From Eutreptiella sp. 'Long Island Sound 2002' (lineage: Eukaryota; Protista; Euglenida): DNA of 64,000 nt. Below are positions 47,896 through 61,600 of this stretch, piece after piece (the stretch's first letter is position 1; each line of letters starts with the position of its first letter). The stretch spans positions 196,726,001 to 196,790,000 of the forward strand of contig OZ038378.1 in the NCBI GenBank assembly GCA_964036045.1, in the 5' to 3' direction. The notes beneath the pieces were generated by a model, which saw only the letters and a program-made list of their open reading frames with translations, had not been told where the DNA came from and made no database searches. A program made the translations under genes and the position numbers.

Positions 47896-48698
47896 AGCCC
47901 CACTACTGATCCGTCTGGCCATATCTAGACAAGGGGTCCGGACGGGGGGGTGGGGGGTTACACATGCACAGAAAGCGCTTCCCCATGCCGATGTAGATAA
48001 TCTTGCCCTCTTGTTTAGCCCACTTCCTTCTCCCCGGCCCCTTCGCCTTTGTAAGGAGGTCAGCGAAGCAAGCAACAAGACAGACAAAGGCAAATAGACC
48101 GATGGCACAGGTATGCTGCCATCCAATATAAAAGCACCGGGAGGCTACGCCGGCACCTGATGGACCACGTCAGCCGGCAGACTTGTATCAAAGTTACCGG
48201 TGAATGCACCCTCATTGCCGTGACCTATTTTGGTAGACTATGCGCTATCAAGCACTACCTGTACATGCCATGCCCTGTCATGCCCTTCCCCGGCCCGCGT
48301 GGTGTGGACGTCCCACCTTTGACAATTCATGTAAGCAATAAAGGATAGCAACACTTCTGCCCTGCCCTACCTGCACTGTTACCCTAGAAGATATGATTTG
48401 AGCCATCTAGGTCCTCAAACAAAGCATTCAAACGTTTTCCAAGGAACCACACAATAATGTTGCTGCTAAGACTCCTTAAACCTCCAACTCTCTCTTTTTT
48501 TTTTTTTGAGTTCTTGGCACTCAAAGTGTGTCATTAAGTGTACTCGGGAGAACCCTGGAAAGCAAAAGGTCCATGTATGTATAATACGGGTGCACCCAAA
48601 AACTTGGCGGACCGGCGGTCATTGAAACGTACAGTCATAACATACGTGACCCTTCACACGGTAGTGCACTCAATCTGCCACGTCCAATGGGTTGTGTG

Positions 48699-51600
48699 AA
48701 AAGCGGTGGGGCATTGTTCAAAAGCGGTGGGGCATTGTTTCAAAGCGGTGGGGCATTGTTCAAAAGCGGTGGGGCACTGTTTAAAAGCGGTGGGGCACTG
48801 TTTAAAAGCGGTGGGGCATTGTTTAAAAGCGGTGGGGCATTGTTTAAAAGCGGTGGGGCATTGTTTAAAAGCGGTGGGGCATTGTTCAAAAGCGGTGGGG
48901 CACTGTTTAAAAGCGGGTGGGCACTGTTTAAAAGCGGTGGGGCACTGTTTAAAAGCGGTGGGGCATTGTTCAAAAGCGGTGGGGCACTGTTTAAAAGCGG
49001 TGGGGCATTGTTTAAAAGCGGTGGGGCACTGTTTAAAAGCGGTGGGGCATTGTTCAAAAGCGGTGGGGCATTGTTCAAAAGCGGTGGGGCACGGTTTAAA
49101 AGCGGTGGGGCACTATTTAAGAGCGGTGGGGCATTGTTTAAAAGCGGTGGGGCATTGTTTAAAAGCGGCGGGGCATTGTTCAAAAGCGGTGGGGCACTGT
49201 TTAAAAGCGGTGGGGCACTGTTTAAAAGCGGTGGGGCATTGTTCAAAAGCGGTGGGGCACTGTTTAAAAGCGGTGGGGCACTGTTTCAAAGCGGTGGGGC
49301 ATTGTTTAAAAGCGGTGGGGCATTGTTTAAAAGCGGTGGGACATTGTTCAAAAGCGGTGGGGCATTGTTCAAAAGCGGTGGGACATTGTTCAAAAGCGGT
49401 GGGGCATTGCTCAAAAGCGGTGGGGCATTGTTCAAAAGCGGTGGGACATTGTTCAAAAGCGGTGGGGCATTGTTTAAAAGCGGTGGGGCACTGTTTAAAA
49501 GCGGTGGGGCATTGTTCAAAAGCGGTGGGGCACTGTTTAAAAGCGGTGGGGCATTGTTTAAAAGCGGTGGGGCACTGTTTAAAAGCGGTGGGGCATTGTT
49601 CAAAAGCGGTGGGGCATTGTTCAAAAGCGGTGGGGCACGGTTTAAAAGCGGTGGGGCACTATTTAAGAGCGGTGGGGCATTGTTTAAAAGCGGTGGGGCA
49701 TTGTTTAAAAGCGGCGGGGCATTGTTCAAAAGCGGTGGGGCACTGTTTAAAAGCGGTGGGGCACTGTTTAAAAGCGGTGGGGCATTGTTCAAAAGCGGTG
49801 GGGCACTGTTTAAAAGCGGTGGGGCACTGTTTCAAAGCGGTGGGGCATTGTTTAAAAGCGGTGGGGCATTGTTTAAAAGCGGTGGGACATTGTTCAAAAG
49901 CGGTGGGGCATTGTTCAAAAGCGGTGGGACATTGTTCAAAAGCGGTGGGGCATTGCTCAAAAGCGGTGGGGCATTGTTCAAAAGCGGTGGGACATTGTTC
50001 AAAAGCGGTGGGGCATTGTTTAAAAGCGGTGGGGCACTGTTTAAAAGCGGTGGGGCATTGTTCAAAAGCGGTGGGGCACTGTTTAAAAGCGGTGGGGCAT
50101 TGTTTAAAAGCGGTGGGGCATTGTTTCAAAGCGGTGGGGCACTGTTTAAAAGCGGTGGGGCATTGTTTAAAAGCGGTGGGGCATTGTTCAAAAGCGGTGG
50201 GGCACTGTTTAAAAGCGGTGGGGCATTGTTCAAAAGCGTCGGGGCACTGTTTAAAAGCGGTGGGGCATTGTTCCAAAGCGGTGGGGCATTGTTTAAAAGC
50301 GGTGGGGCATTGTTTAAAAGCGGTGGGGCACTGTTTAAAAGCGGTGGGGCATTGTTGAAAAGCGGTGGGGCACTGTTTAAAAGCGGTGGGGCATTGTTCA
50401 AAAGCGGTGGGGCACTGTTTGAAAGCGGTGGGGCATTGTTCAAAAGCGGTGGGGCATTGTTTAAAAGCGGCGGGGCATTGTTCAAAAGCGGTGGGGCATT
50501 GTTCAAAAGCGGTGGGGCATTGTTCAAAAGCGGTGGGGCATTGTTCAAAAGCGGTGGGGCACGGTTTAAAAGCGGTGGGGCATTGTTCAAAAGCGGTGGG
50601 GCATTGTTTCAAAGCGGTGGGGCATTGTTCAAGAGCGGTGGGGCATTGTTTAAAAGCGGTGGGGCATTGTTTAAAAGCGGTGGGGCATTGTTTAAAAGCG
50701 GTGGGGCATTGTTTAAAAGCGGTGGGGCATTGTTTAAAAGCGGTGGGGCACTGTTTAAAAGCGGTGGGGCATTGTTCAAAAGCGGTGGGGCATTGTTTAA
50801 AAGCGGTGGGGCATTGTTTAAAAGCGGTGGGGCACTGTTTCAAAGCGGTGGGGCACTGTTTAAAAGCGGTGGGGCACTGTTTAAAAGCGGTGGGGCATTG
50901 TTCAAAAGCGGTGGGGCACTGTTCAAAAGCGGTGGGGCATTGTTCAAAAGCGGTGGGGCATTGTTCAAAAGCGGTGGGGCATTGTTCAAAAGCGGTGGGG
51001 CATTGTTTAAAAGCGGTGGGGCATTGTTCAAAAGCGGTGGGGCACTGTTTAAAAGCGGTGGGGCATTGTTCAAAAGCGGTGGGGCACTGTTTAAAAGCGG
51101 TGGGGCATTGTTTAAAAGCGGTGGGGCACTGTTTAAAAGCGGTGGGGCATTGTTGAAAAGCGGTGGAGCACGGTTTGAAAGCGGTGGGGCACTGTTTAAG
51201 AGCGGTGGGGCATTGTTCAAAAGCGGTGGGGCATTGTTTAAAAGCGGTGGGGCACTGTTTAAAAGCGGTGGGTCACTGTTCAAAAGCGGTGGGGCATTGT
51301 TTAAAAGCGGTGGGGCATTGTTTAAAAGCGGTGGGGCATTGTTTAAAAGTGGTGGGCCATTGTTCAAAAGCGGTGGGGCATTGTTTAAAAGCGGTGGGGC
51401 ACTGTTTAAAAGCGGTGGGGCATTGTTTAAAAGCGGTGGGGCATTGTTTAAAAGCGGTGGGGCATTGTTTAAAAGCGGTGGGGCATTGTTTAAAAGCGGT
51501 GGGGCATTGTTTAAAAGCGGTGGGGCACTGTTTAAAAGCGGTGGGGCATTGTTTAAAAGCGGTGGGGCATTGTTCAAAAGCGGTGGGGCATTGTTCAAAA

Positions 51601-54600
51601 GCGGTGGGGCATTGTTCAAAAGCGGTGGGGCATTGTTCAAAAGCGGTGGGGCATTGTTTAAAAGCGGTGGGGCATTGTTTAAAAGCGGTGGGGCACTGTT
51701 TAAAAGCGGTGGGGCATTGTTCAAAAGCGGTGGGCACTGTTTAAAAGCGGTGGGGCATTGTTTAAAAGCGGTGGGGCACTGTTCAAAAGCGGTGGGGCAC
51801 TGTTTAAAAGCGGTGGGGCATTGTTTAAAAGCGGTGGGGCACTGTTTAAAAGCGGTGGGGCACTGTTTAAGAGCGGTGGGGCATTGTTCAAAAGCGGTGG
51901 GGCACTGTTCAAAAGCGGTGGGGCACTGTTTAAAAGCGGTGGGGCACTGTTTAAGAGCGGTGGGGCACGGTTCAAAAGCGGTGGGGCACTGTTGAAAAGC
52001 GGTGGAACATTGTTCCAAAGCGGGGGCGCATTGTTTGAAAGCGGTGGGGCATTGTTTCAAAGCGGTGGGGCATTGTTTAAAAGCGGTGGGGCATTGTTGA
52101 AAAGCGGTGGGGCACTGTTTAAAAGCGGTGGGGCACTGTTCAAAAGCGGTGGGGCATTGTTCAAAAGCGGTGGGGCACCGTTTAAAAGCGGTGGGGCACT
52201 GTTTAAGAGCGGTGGGGCACGGTTCAAAAGCGGTGGGGCACTGTTGAAAAGCGGTGGGGCATTGTTCCAAAGCGGGGGGGCATTGTTTAAAAGCGGTGGG
52301 GCACTGTTTAAAAGCGGTGGGGCATTGTCTAAAAGCGGTGGGGCACTGTTTAAAAGCGGTGGGGCATTTTTGAAAAGCGGTGGAGCACGGTTTGAAAGTG
52401 GTGGGGCACTGTTTAAAAGCGGTGGGGCACTGTTTAAAAGCGGTGGGGCACTGTTTAAGAGCGGTGGGGCATTGTTGAAAAGCGGTGGGGCACTGTTTAA
52501 AAGCGGTGGGGCATTGTTCCAAAGCGGGGGGGCACTGTTTAAAAGCGGTGGGGCATTGTTTAAAAGCGGTGGGGCATTGTTCAAAAGCGGTGGGGCATTG
52601 TTCAAAAGCGGTGGGGCATTGTTCAAAAGCGGTGGGGCATTGTTCAAAAGCGGTGGGGCATTGTTTAAAAGCGGTGGGGCATTGTTTAAAAGCGGTGGGG
52701 CACTGTTTAAAAGCGGTGGGGCATTGTTCAAAAGCGGTGGGCACTGTTTAAAAGCGGTGGGGCATTGTTTAAAAGCGGTGGGGCACTGTTCAAAAGCGGT
52801 GGGGCACTGTTTCAAAGCGGTGGGGCATTGTTTAAAAGCGGTGGGGCACTGTTTAAAAGCGGTGGGGCACTGTTTAAGAGCGGTGGGGCATTGTTCAAAA
52901 GCGGTGGGGCACTGTTCAAAAGCGGTGGGGCACTGTTTAAAAGCGGTGGGGCACTGTTTAAGAGCGGTGGGGCACGGTTCAAAAGCGGTGGGGCACTGTT
53001 GAAAAGCGGTGGAACATTGTTCCAAAGCGGGGGCGCATTGTTTGAAAGCGGTGGGGCATTGTTTCAAAGCGGTGGGGCATTGTTTAAAAGCGGTGGGGCA
53101 TTGTTGAAAAGCGGTGGGGCACTGTTTAAAAGCGGTGGGGCACTGTTTAAGAGCGGTGGGGCATTGTTCAAAAGCGGTGGGGCACCGTTTAAAAGCGGTG
53201 GGGCACTGTTTAAGAGCGGTGGGGCACGGTTCAAAAGCGGTGGGGCACTGTTGAAAAGCGGTGGGGCATTGTTCCAAAGCGGGGGGGCATTGTTTAAAAG
53301 CGGTGGGGCACTGTTTAAAAGCGGTGGGGCATTGTCTAAAAGCGGTGGGGCACTGTTTAAAAGCGGTGGGGCATTTTTGAAAAGCGGTGGAGCACGGTTT
53401 GAAAGCGGTGGGGCACTGTTCAAAAGCGGTGGGGCACTGTTTAAAAGCGGTGGGGCACTGTTTAAGAGCGGTGGGGCACGGTTCAAAAGCGGTGGGGCAC
53501 TGTTTAAAAGCGGTGGGGCATTGTTCCAAAGCGGGGGGGCACTGTTTAAAAGCGGTGGGGCATTGTTCCAAAGCGGTGGGGCATTGTTTAAAAGCGGTGG
53601 GGCACTGTTTAAAAGCGGTGGGGCATTGTTTAAAAGCGGTGGGGCGTTGTTCAAAAGCGGTGGGGCACTGTTCAAAAGCGGTGGGGCATTGTTTAAAAGC
53701 GGTGGGGCATTGTTTAAAAGCGGTGGGGCATTGTTTAAAAGCGGCGGGGCACTGTTTAAAAGCGGTGGGGCATTGTTTAAAAGCGGTGGGGCACTGTTTA
53801 AAAGCGGTGGGGCATTGTTCAAAGGCGGTGGGGCATTGTTCAAAAGCGGTGGGGCATTGTTCAAAAGCGGTGGGGCATTGTTTAAAAGCGGTGGGGCATT
53901 GTTTAAAAGCGGTGGGGCATTGTTTAAAAGCGGTGGGGCATTGTTCAAAAGCGGTGGGGCATTGTTTAAAAGCGGTGGGGCACTGTTTAAAAGCGGTGGG
54001 GCATTGTTCAAAAGCGGTGGGGCACTGTTTAAAAGCGGTGGGGCATTGTTTAAAAGCGGTGGGGCATTGTTTAAAAGTGGTGGGGCATTGTTGAAAAGCG
54101 GTGGGGCATTGTTCAAAAGCGGTGGGGCATTGTTTAAGAGCGGTGGGGCATTGTTCAAAAGCGGTGGGGCACTGTTCAAAAGCGGTGGGGCACTGTTTAA
54201 AAGCGGTGGGGCACTGTTTAAGAGCGGTGGGGCACGGTTCAAAAGCGGTGGGGCATTGTTCAAAAGCGGTGGGGCATTGTTACACAGCGGGGGGGCACTG
54301 TTTAAAAGCGGTGGGGCATTGTTTAAAAGCGGTGGGGCATTGTTTAAAAGCGGTGGGGCATTGTTTAAAAGCGGTGGGGCATTGTTCAAAAGCGGTGGGG
54401 CATTGTTCAAAAGCGGTGGGGCATTGTTTAAAAGCGGTGGGGCATTGTTCAAAAGCGGTGGGGCATTGTTCAAAAGCGGTGGGGCACTGTTTCAGAGCGC
54501 TGGGGCATTGTTTAAAAGCGGCGGGGCACTGTTTAAAAGCGGTGGGGCATTGTTCAAAAGCGGTGGGGCACTGTTTAAAAGCGGTGGGGCATTGTTTAAA

Positions 54601-56632
54601 AGCGGTGGGGCATTGTTACGCAGCGGTGGGGCATTGTTCAAAAGCGGTGGGTCATTGTTTAAAAGCGGTGGGGCATTGTTCAAAAGCGGTGGGGCACGGT
54701 TTAAAAGCGGTGGGGCATTGTTCAAAAGCGGTGGGGCATTGTTTAAAAGCGGTAGGGCATTGTTTCACAGCGGTGGGGCATTGTTCAAAAGCGGTGGGGC
54801 ACGGTTTAAAAGCGGTGGGGCATTGTTCAAAAGCGGTGGGGCATTGTTTGAAAGCGGTGGGGCATTGTTTCAAAGCGGTGGGGCATTGTTCAAAAGCGGT
54901 GGGGCATTGTTTAAAAGCGGTGGGGCATTGTTTAAAAGCGGTGGGGCACTGTTTAAAAGCGGTGGGGCATTGTTCAAAAGCGGTGGGGCACTGTTTAAAA
55001 GCAGTGGGGCACTGTTTAAGAGCGGTGGGGCATTGTTCAAAAGCGGTGGGGCACTGTTTAAAAGCGGTGGGGCATTGTTTAAAAGCGGTGGGGCATTGTT
55101 CAAAAGCGGTGGGGCACTGTTTGAAAGCGGTGGGGCACTGTTTAAAAGCGGTGGGGCATTGTTCAAAAGCGGTGGGGCACTGTTTAAAAGCGGTGGGGCA
55201 CTGTTTAAAAGCGGTGGGGCATTGTTTAAAAGCGGTGGGGCATTGTTTAAAAGCGGTGGCGCATTGTTACACAGCGGTGGGGCATTGTTCAAAAGCGGTG
55301 GGGCATTGTTTAAAAGCGGTGGGGCATTGTTTAAAAGCGGTGGGGCACGGTTTAAAAGCGGTGGGGCATTGTTCAAAAGCGGTGGGGCATTGTTTAAAAG
55401 CGGTGGGGCATTGTTTCAAAGCGTTGGGGCATTGTTCAAAAGCGGTGGGGCACGGTTTAAAAGCGGTGGGGCATTGTTTAAAAGCGGTGGGGCATTGTTT
55501 AAAAGCGGTGGGGCATTGTTTCAAAGCGGTGGGGCATTGTTCAAAAGCGGTGGGGCATTGTTCAAAAGCGGTGGGGCATTGTTTAAAAGCGGTGGGGCAT
55601 TGTTTAAAAGCGGTGGGGCACTGTTTAAAAGCGGTGGGGCATTGTTGAAAAGCGGTGGGGCACTGTTTAAATGCGGTGGGGCACTGTTTAAGAGCGGTGG
55701 GGCATTGTTCAAAAGCGGTGGGGCACTGTTCAAAAGCGGTGGGGCACTGTTTAAAAGCGGTGGGGCATTGTTTAAAAGTGGTGGGCCATTGTTCAAAAGC
55801 GGTGGGGCATTGTTTAAAAGCGGTGAAGCACTGTTTAAAAGCGGTGGGGCATTGTTTAAAAGCGGTGGGGCATTGTTCCAAAGCGGGGGGGCACTGCTTA
55901 AAAGCGGTGGGGCATTGTTTAAAAGCGGTGGGGCATTGTTTGAAAGCGGTGGGGCATTGTTTAAAAGCGGTGGGGCATTGTTCAAAAGCGGTGGGGCATT
56001 GTTTCAAAGTGGTGGGGCATTGTTTAAAAGCGGTGGGGCATTGTTTAAAAGCGGTGGGGCACTGTTCAAAAGCGGTGGGGCATTGTTTAAAAGCGGTGGG
56101 GCATTGTTGAAAAGCGGTGGGGCATTGTTTAAAAGCGGTGGGGCACTGTTCAAAAGCGGTGGGGCATTGTTTAAAAGCGGTGGGGCATTGTTTAAAAGCG
56201 GTGGGGCATTGTTTAAAAGCGGTGGGGCATTGTTTAAAAGCGGTGGGGCACTGTTCAAAAGCGGTGGGGCATTGTTGAAAAGTGGTGGGGCATTGTTTAA
56301 AAGCAGTGGGGCACTGTTTAAAAGCGGTGGGGCATTGTTCAAAAGCGGTGGGGCATTGTTTAAAAGCGGTGGGGCACTGTTCAAAAGCGGTGGGGCACTA
56401 TTTCAAAGCGGTGGGGCATTGTTCAAAAGCGGTGGGGCATTGTTTAAAAGCGGTGGGGCATTGTTTAAAAGCGGCGGGGCATTGTTCAAAAGCGGTGGGG
56501 CATTGTTTAAAAGCGGTGGGGCATTGTTTAAAAGCGGCGGGGCATTGTTCAAAAGCGGTGGGGCACTGTTTAAAAGCGGTGGGGCATTGTTCAAAAGCGG
56601 TGGGGCACGGTTTAAAAGCGGTGGGGCATTGT
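48699..56632 (+). repeat. 21-bp satellite (aaaagcggtggggcattgttt), ~378 units
   Basis: Continuous array; higher-order duplications with 546-bp (49091/49637) and 1007-bp (52004/53011) periods marked by shared variant units. Confidence 0.98.
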
Positions 56633-56637
56633 GGGGC

Positions 56638-56851
56638 TTTTGAACAATGCCCCACCGCTTTTAAACAGTGCCCCGACACTTTTAAATAGTGCCCCGACAC
56701 TTTTGAACAGTGCCCCACCGCTTTTAAACAGTGCCCCACCGCTTTTAAATAGTGCCCCACCGCTTTCGAACAGTGCCCCACCGCCCCTAAACAGTGCCCC
56801 ACCGCTTTTAAACAGTGCCCCGCCGCTTTTAAACAGTGCCCCACCGCTTTT
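56638..56851 (-). repeat. ~10 inverted units of the 21-bp satellite (fold-back)
   Basis: ttttgaacaatgccccaccgc.. begins after a 5-bp ggggc junction at 56633-56637. Confidence 0.95.
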
Positions 56852-59133
56852 ACACAGTGGCCCGTGGGACAAACCCAAAATCCATGCTTCTTGACCCCAC
56901 TTCAACGCTTTGTTCAGCGGCAAGGCAAAGCCCACATGCCCACTCTGAACATGCATTCTTCCACAAAGTCCATGATTCTTGACCCCACTTCAATAGGGGG
57001 AAATGGTTGAAAATGGGCAAAAATGGTTGACAATTCAAATATGCCACAACCTAAATGCTTAGGAAGCTAAAAAAAACCCTGGTACGGAACCAAAAACTTG
57101 TGAAAAGGGGCCGAAACTAGGGTTCGAGTATTTGCCGACATCCAAAACTTCGCACCGCGTGCACACTACGTGCATGGCATTCCCCCACTACAAACCCTTG
57201 GAGACCTCCTTCAGTGGGGGCGGGAGGTGGTCCATCTTCCACGAATAAGGGTAGGAGGATGGACCCGGGGGTGCTGGGTATGGCCATCTAGCATAGCCCC
57301 GCTGCTGACCGTCTCGGGATGACGGCATGGTACGTCTTGGCTAGCACGAAGGATCCTTGGCGTTGATAGCCCGTGAGGTCACCTTCGATTATAGTACTTG
57401 GACGTGATACAACACTTGGAGAGGATGCTGCATTGTCCCTCGGCCTTGATCATGATCTTGAGGTCCGACATCAGCCACGCCTGCATGGGGTCCCCGTGAT
57501 GGGGGGAAAACAACATGGATACATCACCTCTGCTTTCTCGAGGTCCCATGGTGGGGAGAAATCAACCCAAGAAAGAGTGGATGTGGTGGAAATGATGTGG
57601 AAGAATGTGGAAGAAGTATCAAAACCTACTCTCAAACAACAATGATGCCCCTGTAGTATCACAAAGGATGGGTCTCTAGTACGGCCACACGCCCAAATAG
57701 TTGCACTGCGCTTGCACTGTGCGTGCACCGCGCTAAATGAGCCCCCACAGAATGGGTATTTGTGACATCAATGAGAGGGGTCAGGGGAAGGCCTAGGATT
57801 GCTCATGTCACTGTGATGCGTAATGCGGGGCTGCTAGGTATGAGAGTGATGCCATATGCTGCCCCAATAGTTATACCACCGCCCCGGTAAAATCCGACTT
57901 AACCCGAATTTCAGGAAGGATGAAGGTGGTGGGTTTGTTTGTTGGGTGAATGCAATTATCATCAGTTGCATCACGTTGTGTATGCTTAGAACACAATGCC
58001 ACTATTTGCTGACTGTGGTGCCTACAAAGGCACATATCGAGGATGGTGGACACAAAAGGTTGTTCTCGAAGGGGGGAGGGGGGACAACATGATTTCATCG
58101 CTTGCGATTTGACTCTGAAGCATTGACAATTGTGGAATGTGGAACAGAAACCTTTTCCAACCTTGCTATCATCTTGAACAACTGCACATGCACATGCTGG
58201 CCTTTGGGCGCAGGCTTTGGAGTGTGTGGGAAAGCCAGGCTGTGGCATCCGGGAATTTGGGAATTGGGTCACGTTTTTTAGGGCACTCCCTCTTTCACAG
58301 AGAATTTTGATGATGATGATGACGTTGCTCGCAAGAATCGGCAGCCCAAATGCATTCTTAAGCCTCTAGCCAAGGCTAGCTCCACCAACTCATCCTCGGT
58401 AGCAGCATCACAAGATTACACATTGGACCGGATTCAGGTGACAGCCATGCCGCAAATGGCAACATCAGTCATTGGTAAATACCAAAGCAAAATATGATTC
58501 AGCGGAACTTTCAAATCAAATACTGCTGCGCCCGCAAACAGTCCTCAGAACCATCAAAAGACTCCTCTTGCCCAGTAAAATCATTTCAAAATAACAGTAA
58601 CTTGCATTTGGGACGCCAAAAAGAGCAGTGCTCGCCCCCACAACAACCGGGGGGTCATCAAAGCCCCACAAGATTGCGCTTGCGCAGGGAGGGGGGCTAG
58701 CGACGAGGATGCACGTTGTATGCGAGTGGGTAGCCGGGTGCACCTCTTTGCTTTTGCGTCCTCAGAGCAATGCTGAGCAGGGCAGGAGCATCAAACTTCG
58801 AGTGGAGTCCCCGAAGGGGGAGCTGCTGCAGCAGCCGGACTTTTTGAGGCGATTCCCCAGAACCAATGCAGAGACTGTTCTTCACCACCACAATGGCCCA
58901 TGGGGTCACCAACAGCAGGAGAGACACATACAATGCAGGCATCCCCTCCTTTCCACAGACATGAGTCGCGGCCCCAGCTTGGGCCCCTCTGGAACCGGCT
59001 GCATATAGTACAAGGCACGCGGTGCCCAAACGGGGGGGATTATGCACAGCAAAATGACTATCATGCAACCGACCTCAGAAGCATCGAACACCAAAAGGCA
59101 GTGTGCATGCGTCAAAAGGTGCAGTTCAAAGTT

Positions 59134-59533
59134 ACACAGCACTGGAAATAATGTGCCTGACCTGCGAAGTAAATATTGCCCTTGTGCTTATGGGGGCGTT
59201 TTTGAACAGCGCGCCAATTAGTACGGTAGGTTGCCGATGACCACCCTGCAAACCACCCACCACTCGGGAAACACACGTCTGCAGGGCAAAAACAGCAGAT
59301 TTAGACAGCAATCCGGCATTTTCGGTGTGAGACATAGCTTTATCTGAGTTTTTGGACTTACTAAGAATCTGCGCAGTCCTGTGCATGGGAACACAGAGGG
59401 TATTGCGGTCACCTGGGCTATTGGGGGAGACGGGCCCAAAATAGCCTCCTTTTCGCACAGCGCACGGTGCAACCCCAAAATCACACAGCACTAGAAATAG
59501 TGTGCCTGATCTGCTCAGTAAATATTGCCCTTG
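59134..59533 (+). mobile_element. ~300-bp dispersed element between 51-bp direct repeats; related copy at ~63640-63870
   Basis: acacagcact.gaaata.tgtgcctga.ctgc..agtaaatattgcccttg at 59134-59184 and 59483-59533; the interior (ggcaaaaacagcagatttagacagca..gcggtcacct..cttttcgcacagcgc) recurs near 63640-63870. Confidence 0.6.
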
Positions 59534-61286
59534 GGATTATGACTTGGAGGCAAACGGAATGCACAGGGGTGTGCTCAGCACAAGCACCCAGTGAAGACTG
59601 CGCTGGGCCAGGAAGAGGGCTTGTAGACCGACCAGTGGCTGGCGGCTTGGGGGCGGGGGATGGCAAGGACTGTGGACGCAGAGGCTATTTTTGTGATGCA
59701 CCTGGCCTCAGACTCCGCGGCCCGCAACCAAGCAGGCGTGTGCAATGCCCCCAGTGGCCGCCACCTCAGTATTGGCATGACCTGACTTGACGTCTTGTAA
59801 TCGGACGGGTTTCGGTGGAGTATGCGGAGCATGGCAACACGGCAAGACCCCAAGGACGACACTTCATGCAGCCGGAGAGCGCACAATACATAGAGCACGG
59901 AAGTGGGATGCATTCGGATCCCTGTCACTTTCCGTGCGGTTCGTGTGGCCGCACATATTCCTGGTCTCTGGGGAAACCTGTTGCCACAGCATCCCTCCCT
60001 TTCCTCGTCGTCGTCCGAAGACTGGCAAAGGGCAATCGGTAGACAGGGCTCGGGGGCTGGAAAAACACTGTCCAACCAGTTTTGCTGGAAAGAGGGGGGG
60101 GGGTCCAGGGAAGTATTAGAAGGGGGGGGGGGCTGCTGGGACCCAAAAGTTTGTATACCAAAAAAGGCCCAACAAGCTTCCCTATTGCCAATTTCGTTTT
60201 TTTCCACTGTGGTCACTTTGGTCTGGGGGGGGGGGAGGGTTCCTACAGGCTGGTTGATCACTGTGCAGTACTACCGGTATGCAGCGCATGCCACGTGCGT
60301 GTCCTATTTGATGATCGAGGGCATTGGGGGGGGGGGGGGAAGCTGGAACGGGGATAAATGTGTGTGTAGGGGGAGGGGACAGCACTTGTGTGGGTGGGGT
60401 AGGAATGCCTGTCTCTCTGCTGACGATTGCGGCTGCTGGGGGGCAATCCATTGCATCATGCGCTGAAGTGCCCGGAGACAACACGCAAAGCAGTGTCCCG
60501 CTCGCATGCCCGGCCTGCTGGCTCCAGTTCAAGCGAGACCGCAACTGCGAAGTTGCAACTGACACAAAACCGAACATGTGAAGTCGGGCCCCAACATGAG
60601 ACCCCCCCTTCCGGTGCTGTGCCACATCCGTCTCTGGGCTGTATGTACATGTGAGGCAAAGGTGCGGCTGCTGGGAGGGCGGGGGGGCATGGGGTGGTGA
60701 ATGGACCTTCGGGCCACACGGAGCGGCCTGGCCACTGTGCTGGTCACGGGGCAGAAGGTGGGGGCCAGCGAGTTCCCACGATTCTCATTGTCTGCACCAG
60801 CGCGAGGGGGAGGTGGTCCTGGGGGCCCCGCACACCCGCGTCCCCGCCCCACATCCGCACCCCAGTCCCAGTGGAGGAGGTGGTCTGAGGGGGGGTGGCT
60901 CCCTCACAACAAAAAGTGAGCAGGATGTGTCGCATGATCGCATCACCAACGCCCCCCACCCTCTTTACTGGAGGACTTCTGCGTGGCTGCCCGACCCGTC
61001 CTCTCACCCCCACGTGTCCACACCATCTGACGCCCTCTCGGTTTGCTCGTGCTGTACGCAGTGTCAAGGCCAACGGCCCGTTGCATCGCATTCCTTGCCC
61101 CCCTTTTCGTGGTGGAGAGGCCTGCGGGGGGGGGGGGGGGGCCTCAATGTAGCGTCGGTGCGGTGCGGTGCGCAGACGTACCCCCATTTCGATCCCCAAC
61201 GCGGCCTCCACACCCCCGCGGGGCCAAAGCCCAACTTCCAGCCAACTTCAACCACCGGGAGGAGGGGGGGGGCGGGGCGGCCGACC

Positions 61287-61600
61287 CCCCTCGGGTTTGG
61301 ACGCGGACCCCCCCGCCCCCCCTCCTGACTCACGGCGGCGGGCGATCGGCCGACGGCAGTGGGCGGGTAACCGACAGCCAACAGCCGTCGCTAACCGCCA
61401 ACCCACGCCAACCCGACGGTGCACGAAGCGCCGCGGGGACCAGTGTTCCCCGGCAGAAGCGAAAACACACAAGAAACGGCACCTGAAGGACACGGGGGGG
61501 GGACCCCTCGGGTTTGGACGCGGACCCCCCCCCCCCGGCCACTAACTGTTGGTCGGGGGAGGGGGGGACCCCTCGAGTTTGGACGCGGGACCCTCCAAAA
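61287..61600 (+). repeat. Three copies of cccctcg.gtttggacgcgga.cccc
   Basis: Copies at ~61287, ~61505 and ~61568. Confidence 0.7.

Noticed and set aside
47960-48100. Minus-strand GKIIYIGMG resembling GIY-YIG endonuclease
   Set aside because: No correctly spaced GIY, no downstream R/E/N motifs and no associated RT.
48687-56643. Very long ORFs (1102 aa, 1292 aa and others) of KSGGALF / KAVGHCL / NNAPPLL / KQCPTAF repeats
   Set aside because: They arise because a 21-bp unit lacks stops in several frames on both strands; frameshifting indels are tolerated and no unique domain is attached.
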